Assembly: GCF_006345805.1 (NCBI RefSeq)
Contig: NC_043008.1
Coordinates: 4,464,001 to 4,528,000, forward strand
Source: Octopus sinensis
Lineage: Eukaryota
Reading direction: 5' to 3'
DNA length: 64,000 nucleotides
In this document: positions 12,614 through 23,311 of the stretch, piece after piece
Layout: every line of letters starts with the position of its first letter
Position numbering within the stretch: the first letter of the stretch is position 1
The notes under the pieces: model-generated
Databases searched by the model: none
What the model was told of the DNA's origin: nothing
What the model saw: the letters and a program-made list of their open reading frames with translations, nothing else
Program-made: the position numbers and the translations under genes

Positions 12614-14439
12614 GTAAGTTAGATACAGTTGCTAGCTTAATTGCTGAAGGCCTGATCATGCAACAGGTTGTACTCGGTTACATGCTGTCAGAAGCATACA
12701 TACATACATATGTAATGATAAAACATGACTAGTGCTGTTGTATTCCTGGTGAATTCATCAAATATAGATTGAGTGGTAAATACATAAATGGAGGGAGGGA
12801 GGGAAGAGAAGGAGGAGGAGGAGATATGATTCAGGAATATCATTCAATTTGGATAATTGCTGAAAAATGGTTGCAAGATGATGGGAGAGAGTATTAGGTG
12901 TATAGAACTAAGAATACTTCCAAGAAAGTGATTTTGTATATCTCACAATACTGGTCTCCATAGATGCCAAATAACTGATATTTATGAAGAGATGCTGTTT
13001 TGTGGACTAATCAAATCTATGTTAATATCATAAATTAGGGACCATGACCAACTTTTAGCTTCTTGTGGGAAATGATCTCACAAGTTCTGAAATGCCTGAG
13101 ATCACAAGTAATGTATTCACCTTGCTTCATTTTGAAGACAGTGAAGAATTCTTTAATGTAAGAGGGAAAAAACTCTCGTCCCTTCCTCTTTCATTGATTC
13201 TTGTTCTGTAACAGAACCGTAACAGGACAGAGCTTCTGACTTAAAAAAACATTAATTTACAGGATTAACCTTTTAGCATTCAGACACTCTGTCAAATGTG
13301 ATGCTTAGGTATTCCCATTGCTTTCAATTAATCATGCATTATCTCAGATTTCAATGATGTGCGTTTGTCATCTTTAGAAAGACATTGTTGGGTAGGTGTG
13401 AGAGGCCAGATTTGGCCAATATGAACATAAAGCTGGTAGAATATTTGAGCCAGATTTGGTTGGATTAAAGGCAAAAGGGTTAACTATGATTTAGACGCTG
13501 GTTCTAGTTGCATTTGTGTTCTTTTCCATTGTTGTTGCTTTCAGCAAAGACATTCAAACCATGATTTTTCTAATTCTCTTTCCAGATGTAGGACAGCAAA
13601 ATCTACCAGATTTTCAGCTAAGACTGTGCATTTCCTGTTACACTTGGCTGCTATTACTAGCAATCTGGGAGAACACATAGAAGCCTTCTCATTAGCTCAT
13701 TACCCTTCTATTGATCTATCGATGTTTGTATTGATGATGAACATCAGCAGTATCTTCATCTTCATCAACAGCAATAAATCTTCAAGAACAAAATCTTTCT
13801 TTATATTTGTTTTTAGTTTTATTTTGGTTTTGTTTTTGGTTTTTGTGAGGGTTTTTTTTTCTTATTTTATTTGGAAGGAGATAAAATTTATTACATATTG
13901 AATCAAACATTAATTCTCTTCAAAAACAAGTTTCTGCCTGAAGCAGGAGACTTCTTTTCTTCCTCAGAGCAACAAATCTTGTCACACTTGAAAGATTTCT
14001 CATAGAAACAGATTTCCTTTTTCTCAACGTCTCTGCATTTGCATCACCCTCAGAGTTCCATTGTGTACACTTAGCTTTCTTTTCCTGTCTATTGTCCTTT
14101 TTGTCCTTTTACCCAAGAGATATAACCTTTAAAAAAAATATTTCCATCTTCAGTCAACAGTTACGCAAATAGTCTCTGCATTCAACTGTTTTCCTTCAAT
14201 TCCTGCTTCTTGAATATTACCCATTCTACAGACAAATATATTGAAACCCAGTCTTTAATGAATTCAACTTGTCAGATGTTTGTTCCGTACAGACTTGGAA
14301 ACGATTGTGAGTCTTAGTTAACTCCATTAAAACAGCCGAAATCATGAGACATCATTCTTGTTACATCCTTTTACAACTTACAATTTTAGAATTCTGCCAA
14401 CACCAAATGGTTTAATAGGAAATTTTCTTAAGAGTAAGA

Positions 14440-15250
14440 ATTAAAGATATAAATTCAAAACTTAGGAATCTATAGCTTACTGATATCAGTTATTGATGTT
14501 CTCATATTTGTATTCACAAAAATGGGATCGTTATAAAAAAGAAAAAAAAAATTAGGGTGTACTTTTTAAAATTTCTTGTTTTAAGGGTGTTCGTCATGTA
14601 TGCTAGTTCCTTGCCAAATTCCTTGTCAGCATTTAATGCCATCTTTATGTTAACAACAACACCTTATCAAAACCATCACAACTAGAAGACATGGAGGTTC
14701 TCTAAGTTTTGATCACTGACATAGAGGAGGAAGTAGACACCATGATATTTGACTTTCCCAAAGCACTTGTTAAAGTAAATCATTGAATCTTTTGTCTGTA
14801 ATTACGGACGTAAACAGTGGAAAGGATGAAAGAAATTTATTATCCAGCAGAGAACAGAAATTACTGTTAGATCTATTTTTTCAGAAGCTCCAACCATCAA
14901 AACCAAATTATCCTAAGGAACTATCTAAAACCCTTTGTTCTAGTTAAAGAACTTGGATAAATTCTTCAATTCTAACTCTAGCCTATTTGCCATTTATTCA
15001 AACATCAGCACTCTGATACACGTAAAAGCTGTAGTTTAGAATATCCAAACTGTTTCAATTCTTCCAGTCTACAGTTTTGGTTGAAGTATTTACTTGTCAA
15101 CTCTATTTAACCTGTCCCCTGTTTTATACACCGACCCCTAGAAGAATTCAAACTTGGAACATTTAATCCTTAACAAATATGACATGGTGGCTAGGATATC
15201 TTTCGTCAATTTTGGAGCATCTTTAAACTTGTTTTCAGCCAAATGTTAAT
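14440..15250 (+). mobile_element. Highly decayed CR1-type LINE reverse transcriptase fragment
   Basis: EEEVDTMIFDFPKALVKVNH resembles VDVIYLDFAKAFDKVDH. It is followed by LSSREQK (resembling FLSNRKQ) and S*GTI*NPLF (resembling PQGTVLGPLLF). Confidence 0.6.
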
Positions 15251-15554
15251 AGATGAAATTTGCTCCAGGCTTACTGGTTGATTTTTTTAATCTATATTAT
15301 ATATTTATATATGTATGTATATATAAATACTTATATATTTGACTGATTTATCTGTGTTTCATTGTGGCTCTTCATGTGTGACAAAACAGTCTGATTCGAA
15401 AGCAAATATCATTTCCATTTTCATGACACACTTTTGACATTGATGCATGTCTTCTGATTACAAAATGTTGATGTTGTTTGTTTCAATTTTTTACATTGTA
15501 ATCTTCAAGATTGTTCAGTTTCCTGTGTAAAACCTTCTGCAAATACATTAGGTG

Positions 15555-15711
15555 TTATAAATGCAATTCTTTCTTTACTTTCCGTTCTTTAAACCTGCTG
15601 GGGCATGTGTCATTCTGTCTGGTGAGAAATCCAGATGGTATAATGTTAATCTTGAATACAGCTCTGATGTTATTTTTGTCTCCAGATTTTTTGTCTTTTC
15701 TTAGCAGGTCT
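15555..15711 (-). CDS. Candidate (terminal) exon, unidentified minus-strand gene
   Basis: Acceptor ctgcttactgtctcttttgcaag, then an open frame (R)DLLRKDKKSGDKNNIRAVFKINIIPSGFLTRQNDTCPSRFKERKVKKELHL*. The phase matches the candidate exon at 18046-18236. Confidence 0.35.
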
Positions 15712-15812
15712 CTTGCAAAAGAGACAGTAAGCAGAGGATTATTATAGATCGTATGCTTATGAAAGTATAAAGCTTTCAGGTAAATGTGAAAATTACTTGC
15801 TTCTTTCTCAAG

Positions 15813-15843
<31 letters not shown>

Positions 15844-16185
15844 TGTATATATATATTGTTTTGTCGTTCTGTATTTAATGGTGAAGGTGATTTATCACTA
15901 ATGATGAAGACGTTTTGATTTATTCCTTAATACTGTGTTAGAGGTGAGACTCATAATTGGGTAGAGGACATGGATTTACCACTTATGATGACACCTTTCC
16001 TCACATTTCTGTTTATTGCAATAATATGGGAATGAATAGCAGTTCATATATTGCTGTATTCCTTCAAAGAGAATTGTGTAAAATTATAAAAAATCTTTTG
16101 TCAAACCAAGTCTGCCTTCCATCATCTGATAAATGTAATTTAGTATTTGTTTTATATTTTAGTAAACTGTTTACTTGCATTGGGT

Positions 16186-16221
<36 letters not shown>

Positions 16222-16789
16222 TGCATCCAAGTCAACAATGTCCTAAAATATATCAATTATTCTGCTGAATTACATTGAGCTCTCTCTATTTCTTGTGGTC
16301 TGCTTCATTCACAACAAGCAATACTAAGACTTTGTATCAGTGTGTGTGTGTGAATGAAAAATAACTTTTATGGTAGAGTACAGAAAAAAGTATATTAATA
16401 ATAATGAATTAGCAGCACAAGTATTCTTAAATGTAAATATTTTATATTATTTCATTTTATTTCATTTTATTGCAAATTTTGGAAACTTTCTTTACCTGTA
16501 CAATATATAAATAAAATAAGGAACAATTCCTTCATTTCTTCTCACAAACTTTATTATTACCTATATAAGGTAAATGAAAATAGATTAGTTTCTGGTGCCC
16601 ATATCAAATAAGGGATCATATGCTTTGGCTGTTTTCCTGTCTCATAGGGAATTCAATAGAAGTAGGGCCTCTTTGTTAGTCACATAGATTATAACCTTAA
16701 GTAATGTATTCAAAATGGAGGTCAAAATATGTTAATTTTTTTAAATATTTATAACAGTTGGCAAATAACAGGTAATGTGTGTAGCCACT

Positions 16790-17390
16790 TTAACATGGCT
16801 GTCCATTCAAACAAACTTGACTGTGATTTTTTAACCCCAAGAGGACATCTCTTTAAGCTGGTTAACAATGCACAACTGCATCCAAGATATTGCAATCTCT
16901 CTAAGAGATCAATGCAAGTAATGTTTGTAGCCTTTGCAGTAAAGTCCATTTCAATGGACAGCCATGTTCAAGGGGCTACAGACATTAATTATTAGTACAA
17001 CTACTGCGTTGATTTCCTAGAAAGATTTTAGAACTAGTATTTTTGCTTGTTGCAAAATCAACGACTGTACATTGCTTGAAATTATATATATTGCAAGCTA
17101 CTGCCATTTCTAGCAGACGAGGTATCCAGTACTGAAGAAAGGCAGAAATAGCCCAAAACCAGGCTGGTCTGTGGTCCCGTCACTAGAAGGTGGCAGTGGT
17201 TTCCTCCTCTGCTTGCAATATCTTGGGTACAGCTGTGCATCATTAACCAGTGAGAGGTGATGTCCTCTTGGGATTAAAAAATTGCAGTGAAGTCCTTTCA
17301 AATGGACAGCCATGTTCAAGTAGCCTTGAACATCACTTGTTAGTACAACTACTGTTAGATGTTAGAACCAGCATTTTTACTTAGTAAATA
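16790..17390. repeat. Local inverted plus direct duplication of an old repeat
   Basis: ~16793-16895 is roughly 80% identical to the reverse complement of ~17213-17320. ~16950-17045 is a direct copy of ~17300-17390. Confidence 0.7.
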
Positions 17391-17569
17391 GCTTTATAGG
17401 AATGATCACAGTTCTTTTGTTTTCTGTTAGATTCTGACTTAATTTGGAATTGTTGGAGGTTATATTTAAATACTTATAATTTTCAATGTCTTACAGACTC
17501 ATCCAATATAAATGAAGTCTCCAATTACTGTGTTGATATCATGTAGGGTTAGAAAACTACTCTTTTTTT

Positions 17570-17840
17570 TTTTTGTTATAATGTTGGAAATCACTTCGAT
17601 AAGAATCACTGGCATTTATGTTTGTCTATTAGATATAAGTTTTCAGTTTTATCAGAAAGGATAAAGACATTGTTATCAATTCTTTTCAATTTTAGTTCTT
17701 TCCGAAATAGGTTTATATGGTTTAAGAAATCGATGTTCTTGATAATTTTAAACTGGTTTTTGTTTTCTTTTAATGGTTATAGTAGTATGCTCAGTGGTGG
17801 TCATTATTGGTTTTAAATCAAAATTACTTGGTCCAGTCTT
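17570..17840 (-). mobile_element. Penelope-like element RT N-terminal remnant
   Basis: The minus frame PLKENKNQFKIIKNIDFLNHINLFRKELKLKRIDNNVFILSDKTENLYLIDKHKCQ* resembles the PLE motif (E)FENDL..IKNIKF....ADKTxNxY....Y.KLL..NIT..YKK. Confidence 0.6.
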
Positions 17841-18045
17841 TATCTCTGAGATCTTTCTCTTTTTAATAAAGGAGACATATTAGACAGAATCCTCTACAGA
17901 GCAGTGCATTGCAGTTTACACAGATACATATATATTTATGTATATATGAGTGTATGTTTGTGTGTGCGTGTGTGTGTGTGTGCATGCGTGTGTGTGTGTG
18001 AGGGGCATGCACCCATCTATAAGAATCAGGATAACAGACCCATAC

Positions 18046-18236
18046 CTATTATATGCTTTATACAGCCAACTACTTTTGTGTGGTTGATTGAAGTTATCAC
18101 AGTGCTGGAAGAAATAATGGATAATGCTTCAAGGTTTTGAACAGCACTCAGTGTCATAAGCTATCAAGTGATTTGACCCATGATATCTACTGCCATTCAT
18201 CATATCTAACATATCAGGACGATCTTCCTTAGAGTT
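18046..18236 (-). pseudogene. Candidate exon with one in-frame TGA, unidentified gene
   Basis: Acceptor cctcttcttttgcaag and donor AG|gtatgg; 191 nt, phase 0 to 2. Reads NSKEDRPDMLDMMNGSRYHGSNHLIAYDTECCSKP*SIIHYFFQHCDNFNQPHKSSWLYKAYN. Confidence 0.3.
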
Positions 18237-18599
18237 CTTGCAAAAGAAGAGGCATAGATGGAAGTACATTCAAATAAATTGAATTTTTCATTTAGATTTT
18301 GTGTGCCGAGCCAATGATGTGATGTGGTTCTATAAGAGAGCAGTTATAGTGCTTGACGGCTTTCTAAATATTGGTCGACTGTCTGAAATGCTTGTCTTTT
18401 TTTGTTCCTTCATTTGTAAATAATAATAATGATAACAATGATATATACATTGCATATTGATTATATATAATAAATATATCAATACATATGTATTGTATGC
18501 ATATAGTTTGTTGTGCGTACATATATATACTATACGTATACACTCACATGCACACACACATGTATACATAATGTATGTGCCTTTTAGCTTCTGTGTGTG

Positions 18600-18644
<45 letters not shown>

Positions 18645-18758
18645 ATGTATATATATATAGGTATGGCAGAACAAATAGGAGAAATAAAATTCCCTTCATA
18701 AGTATGTATATAGCATTTTATTACTTTTGATCAACAGAAAGTTAGCAAGATGACTCAC

Positions 18759-18814
18759 GGGTCGAGAGTTCCAAGCATACTATTTATCACAAGTGTGATA
18801 CACAGCTCTCAGCT
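18759..18814 (-). pseudogene. Candidate 56-nt exon with one in-frame TAG
   Basis: Acceptor ccatttcag and donor CCC|gtgagt. Reads LRAVYHTCDK*YAWNSRP and ends in phase 0, matching the next candidate exon. Confidence 0.3.
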
Positions 18815-20099
18815 CTGAAATGGTTTTTGACATTCCACTGATTTAAAAATGATAGAATTTTTATTGTTTTTGATATGTGTATGTGTAGGTAGGCAGGCAG
18901 GTAGACAGACAGACAGATCAATCAAATAGGGTTACTTCAATACAGGGATAAACAAGACCTTCCACACAAGGATATGTTCAATGCATTTAAATGTAAAATA
19001 TTTTATAGAAGGTATTTTATAGCAATTCTACAGAATTTTCAGATCTGTTGGGTTGTAACTAAATGGAATTTAATCATGGAGCAAGAGAAATTTACTGCTG
19101 AGTGTTTGTTATAAACTGATTGGAAAATATTCTGAGATATAACACAAACATATGTGTGTATAGATGAGCTACAAGATTAACCAAAGCTGCAGGAATGTGT
19201 AAATGGATTCACTGAAAAATGTTCTATAGAAGTGGTGACAGTAGTAATTTACATTTGGAAACTTTAAGTGAATTAAAAATATCTCAATGTATCTTCCAAC
19301 AATTCCAAAATCAGTTAAAGACTTCCAGAAGACAAATGAACTGAGGTAATTCCTCTAGATGTATTTTAGGAGTATTCAAAACCAAATGATATTATATAAA
19401 AAATAATTTGATCATTATACAGAGCACATGTCTTCAGGTGAGTATTTGTTAACGTTCTTAATTTCAAACCATTCCTGATAGGGTAGGCACACTTATATTG
19501 AAGCCTGTTATAGCCAACTTTATCCTTCCTTTATTCAAACATTATGTGCAGGACTGTAGTTGTCTAATGCCTCCTTTCTATAAAATTGCTTGAGTTCAGT
19601 TTTGATGAAGCAAATCTATCAAGCAGTTCTAGCATTGACCATCCTCTTTTTTTAACTATTCAGACACAGTGCACCTAGAACTGTAATGTGTTTTTCATTA
19701 TGTTACATGAGAGATTGTGATTTGAAGGTAGATTGTGGCAGAGATTTGTCTGTTATTTCATGTTGAAATCTTGTTGATGTTGTTTAATTCCAGTTCAGCG
19801 ATGATTGAGTAGACCTAATATTGAAGGTTTCCCATCAATAGCTATACTGTCTTTTTGTATATCTGAGACTATATTTTCCAGAAGATTTAGCTGCCACTTC
19901 TAGGATGTTGGCTCAAATCGACCTTGTTTGAGAGTATTGTAAGATGAAAAAAAATTGTACTGGATGGGATGGAATTTGACATGTCATTGCCCTTCTAAAA
20001 GGGCTACAAATTCTACTGTCCTTGGAGTGCCAAAAGCCTAAGGTTGAAATTGGTCCATAAATACACTGATGATGATAATGGTATTTGTCAGGAGGAAGG

Positions 20100-20460
20100 G
20101 ACTGTGTCCATGGACATTGCAGGCCCTCTGTGATTGGTCAGAGTGATGCAGATGAATAAAAATGTGAGTGGAAAGGAAATCCCAGATGGATGATATTATG
20201 GTGTGAGTAGGGTATAAGAATTGGGGAATGGATTAGGGCAGAACTCAACAAGGAAGTCAGAGAAGGAGAGACATATGTATTGGATGGGCTTGGATGCAAG
20301 TAGTAAACAACATACTAGTTCTTCTGAAGGGATAGAAAAAGCAGGGAGAGGGGAAAAGAGACAGCAGGTGTATTGGTGTGTGTTGGTGAGTGTGTATTGA
20401 AGCTGAATAGCTTTGTTTTGGATGTGATCTACCATCTTCTTGTGTTTAGCAGCAGCAATT
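20100..20460 (-). mobile_element. Decayed CR1-type LINE 3' coding end
   Basis: VDHIQNKAIQL...FSPLPAFS...EEL resembles the CR1 C-terminus LDRIQRKAIRLI...LSLFYRYY..CSxEL. A related copy lies at ~51280-51560(+). Confidence 0.45.
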
Positions 20461-21252
20461 AAAATTCAAAAGCAGTATTCTATAGAGGACCTCTCTTAAT
20501 AGAGCTTTACTAATTTTATAGTTAATTGCCTAGAAATTTAAGATATCAAACTCTAATATCCGAAGTCTGTAGCTCTCAATTTCTGAAATTAGCAAAAATA
20601 AATGTTAAAACCTATGGAAATTTCTGTTGTAACAACCATTTCTTTGTGTCGTTTTGCAACCTTACTCTTCTCTTTTATATGGAATGAGACAAATATTTAT
20701 TTCTTACATTGGCCTACAATCATAGATATTGATTATAGAAACTACCAATTATATCCATCCAGTACTCTGCTGGTATTTAATTTGAAAACACTGAAAATGA
20801 GGAAACTCAAAGTTGATTTTAACACAAAATGTTAAAAGTAACAAAATATAAGACATTTTGTTCCTAAACTTCCAATGTTCAGCTAATTCTGCAAAATCTC
20901 TGACAATGATACAAATATTGGTTTCAAATTTTAGCACATGGCCAGTAATATCGGGGAAGGGGTAAATCAATTACATCAACTCCAGTACGCAACTGGTATT
21001 TAATTTATTGACCCCAAAAAGATGAAAGGTAAAGTCAGCCTCAGCAGAATTTGTACTTAGAATGTAAAGACAGATGAACGTTTTTGCCCAACACCCAAAT
21101 GATTCTGCCAAAGAACAAGCCAAACATTGCCAAATGACAATAATCATTTGAAAAAAATTCCATTCAACTGGGTTTTTTTTTAATCCACCACTGAATGAAG
21201 GCCTTAATTAGCCACTGCCAGCTAATTTATGTTGATTATAGGTTTATGTTAC

Positions 21253-21435
21253 CAAACTGGTCGATTGCAAACTTGATGAGATGATACTGTGTTCCAGTGC
21301 ATTAGTTCCTGGCTATAAGCACTGGAGCAGAACCCCAAATGCAATGAGTCAGCAAGGCATCTCCCCCGACACCAATAGAATTCTGTCAATCCACTGCTCT
21401 GCACCGTTACTTTAGTTATCGACTCTTTCCCACCT
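21253..21435 (-). CDS. Candidate symmetric 183-nt exon, unidentified gene
   Basis: Long pyrimidine tract ttttgtctttttttgcaaag and donor TG|gtaaca. Only one frame is open: GGKESITKVTVQSSGLTEFYWCRGRCLADSLHLGFCSSAYSQELMHWNTVSSHQVCNRPV. Confidence 0.3.
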
Positions 21436-21648
21436 CTTTGCAAAAAAAGACAAAAATGGTAGTGCTAGGTGAACCTAGCTGCAGAATGATTTACACTCAA
21501 AGCACAGAAGGCTTGACAAATCATTTCAAGGGGTTCTCTGCAACACTAATGAATGATATAGCCGTCAACATGACACTGACAGCCATCATTTGCATACTGG
21601 GATAGGGGTGGGTGTCATGCTTCCTGATGTTATTGTTTGTATTAATGT

Positions 21649-21690
21649 GTAACCATGGCAACCTGTGACGAACATACAACAACCAATCAA
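21649..21690. promoter_or_regulatory. Promoter-like cluster: X-box GTAACCATGGCAAC (21649-21662), TGACG CRE half-site and CCAAT box
   Basis: All three motifs fall within ~40 bp: gtaaccatggcaacctgtgacgaacatacaacaaccaatc. Confidence 0.55.
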
Positions 21691-22849
21691 TCTAATAATA
21701 AATGAAAAAGTAAGAGTTTAAGGAAATAAGGGGTGGTTTGCATCTAAATTAGAAATTGAAGAACTTGAAACGTCAGGACACTCTTCTTCTCATGACTCCG
21801 AAACTTTGCCAAATTTATGGGTTTCTCTAATCTAACAATATCCAAGTTTTCTCCAGCAATGAAACGAAAATGTTTGAGAATATCAGCTTGCTACACACAC
21901 CAAAACATTGAATGTTCAAAACGTTTCAGGCATGTTTTGATTTTTATATTAAAGTCAATCCAGATTATAAATTATCAACTGTTCTTCTTCTTTTTTCTCA
22001 TTTTGTAGATTTCCTTGATTTATTTTTTCCTCTTTTATTTTATGTAATAAAATATTATTTACATAATAAGAAGCCGGGATACTCTCTGTGCTTTGGTTTA
22101 TATCAATTAACTTCCATTTAGCATCCAAAGTGTGTTGATGATTTCCTGTTATAAACACTGTCCTCTGACCAGCATATTAAATGAGAAAATAAGGATGTGG
22201 ATTTAAAACCAGCACTAATTTTAAATTCAGAAATGAAGATCTAATTATAAGATGATTTTGTGGAGGGTTTTGGTTTTTATTCATTTTTTTTAAATATGGA
22301 AGCTTTGAAATTACAAAGCTTGTTAAATAAAGTGGAAAATTAAAATATTGACTTTAATCATGTTTAAAATTGATATTTTAGAATTTCTAAATATAAAATG
22401 AACATTTCCTACCCCATTTTTTTAATATGGAAAATGCTAATACTAAAATTAATGATGAAGAAAATATTAAAAGTATGGCAGATTTGTTAAAAGATAATTT
22501 AAACGAAGATATCTCCATTTCTTTCATTGTCATAATATTTGTGTGGCAAGCATCACTGAACATCAGAAAACTCTCATTGTATCAAACGAATGAGTTGGAT
22601 TTCGGTCCCAGATGAAGTGTACTCGCATCACTTAGTTTTAAATTGTTTCCCCTTTTTAGCTCTATCATAATAAGTACAGTGAGGGTTGTGGGGTTAAGAA
22701 GCTCACTTTGTGACCATGTGGTTCACATGCTTGTTCCACGTAGTACTTTGAGCCACTGTCTTTTACTATACAGCCCAAGCAGATCAATACTTTGTGAGAG
22801 AATTTGGTAGACAGAACTTGGTTGCAAGTTTGTCACATAGATGTGTGTG

Positions 22850-22850
22850 T

Positions 22851-22899
<49 letters not shown>

Positions 22900-22952
22900 G
22901 TGTGGTGTGTGTGTGTGTGTATATATATGTATATATATATACATATATATAC

Positions 22953-23038
<86 letters not shown>

Positions 23039-23081
23039 TATACATATATATACATATATACATATATATACATATATATAC

Positions 23082-23116
<35 letters not shown>

Positions 23117-23145
23117 ATATATATATATATATATAGCATATATAT

Positions 23146-23181
<36 letters not shown>

Positions 23182-23187
23182 TGTATA

Positions 23188-23251
<64 letters not shown>

Positions 23252-23311
23252 GTATATGTATATATATGTATATGTATATATATATGTATATATATATATA
23301 TACATATATAT
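22850..23311. repeat. Compound (TA)n/(TACA)n/(TG)n microsatellite
   Basis: Direct reading; source of the YIYIYI ORFs. Similar large tracts lie at 26036-26228, 27955-28075, 38538-38660 and 62998-63373. Confidence 0.95.

Noticed and set aside
13588-13901. ~100-codon open plus frame after a ttctctttccag acceptor, with a largely open antisense frame
   Set aside because: The second half is T-rich low complexity, there is no donor and no recognisable protein, and the phase does not match the 12613 donor.
4036-19437. Further plus-strand 'exons with stops' (4036-4250, 10245-10490, 19160-19437) and the idea of a TAA/TAG=Gln code
   Set aside because: The stop frequency is within what AT-rich DNA gives by chance after choosing the best frame. 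Nothing supports a variant nuclear code in an animal; C-to-T decay explains Gln-compatible stops.
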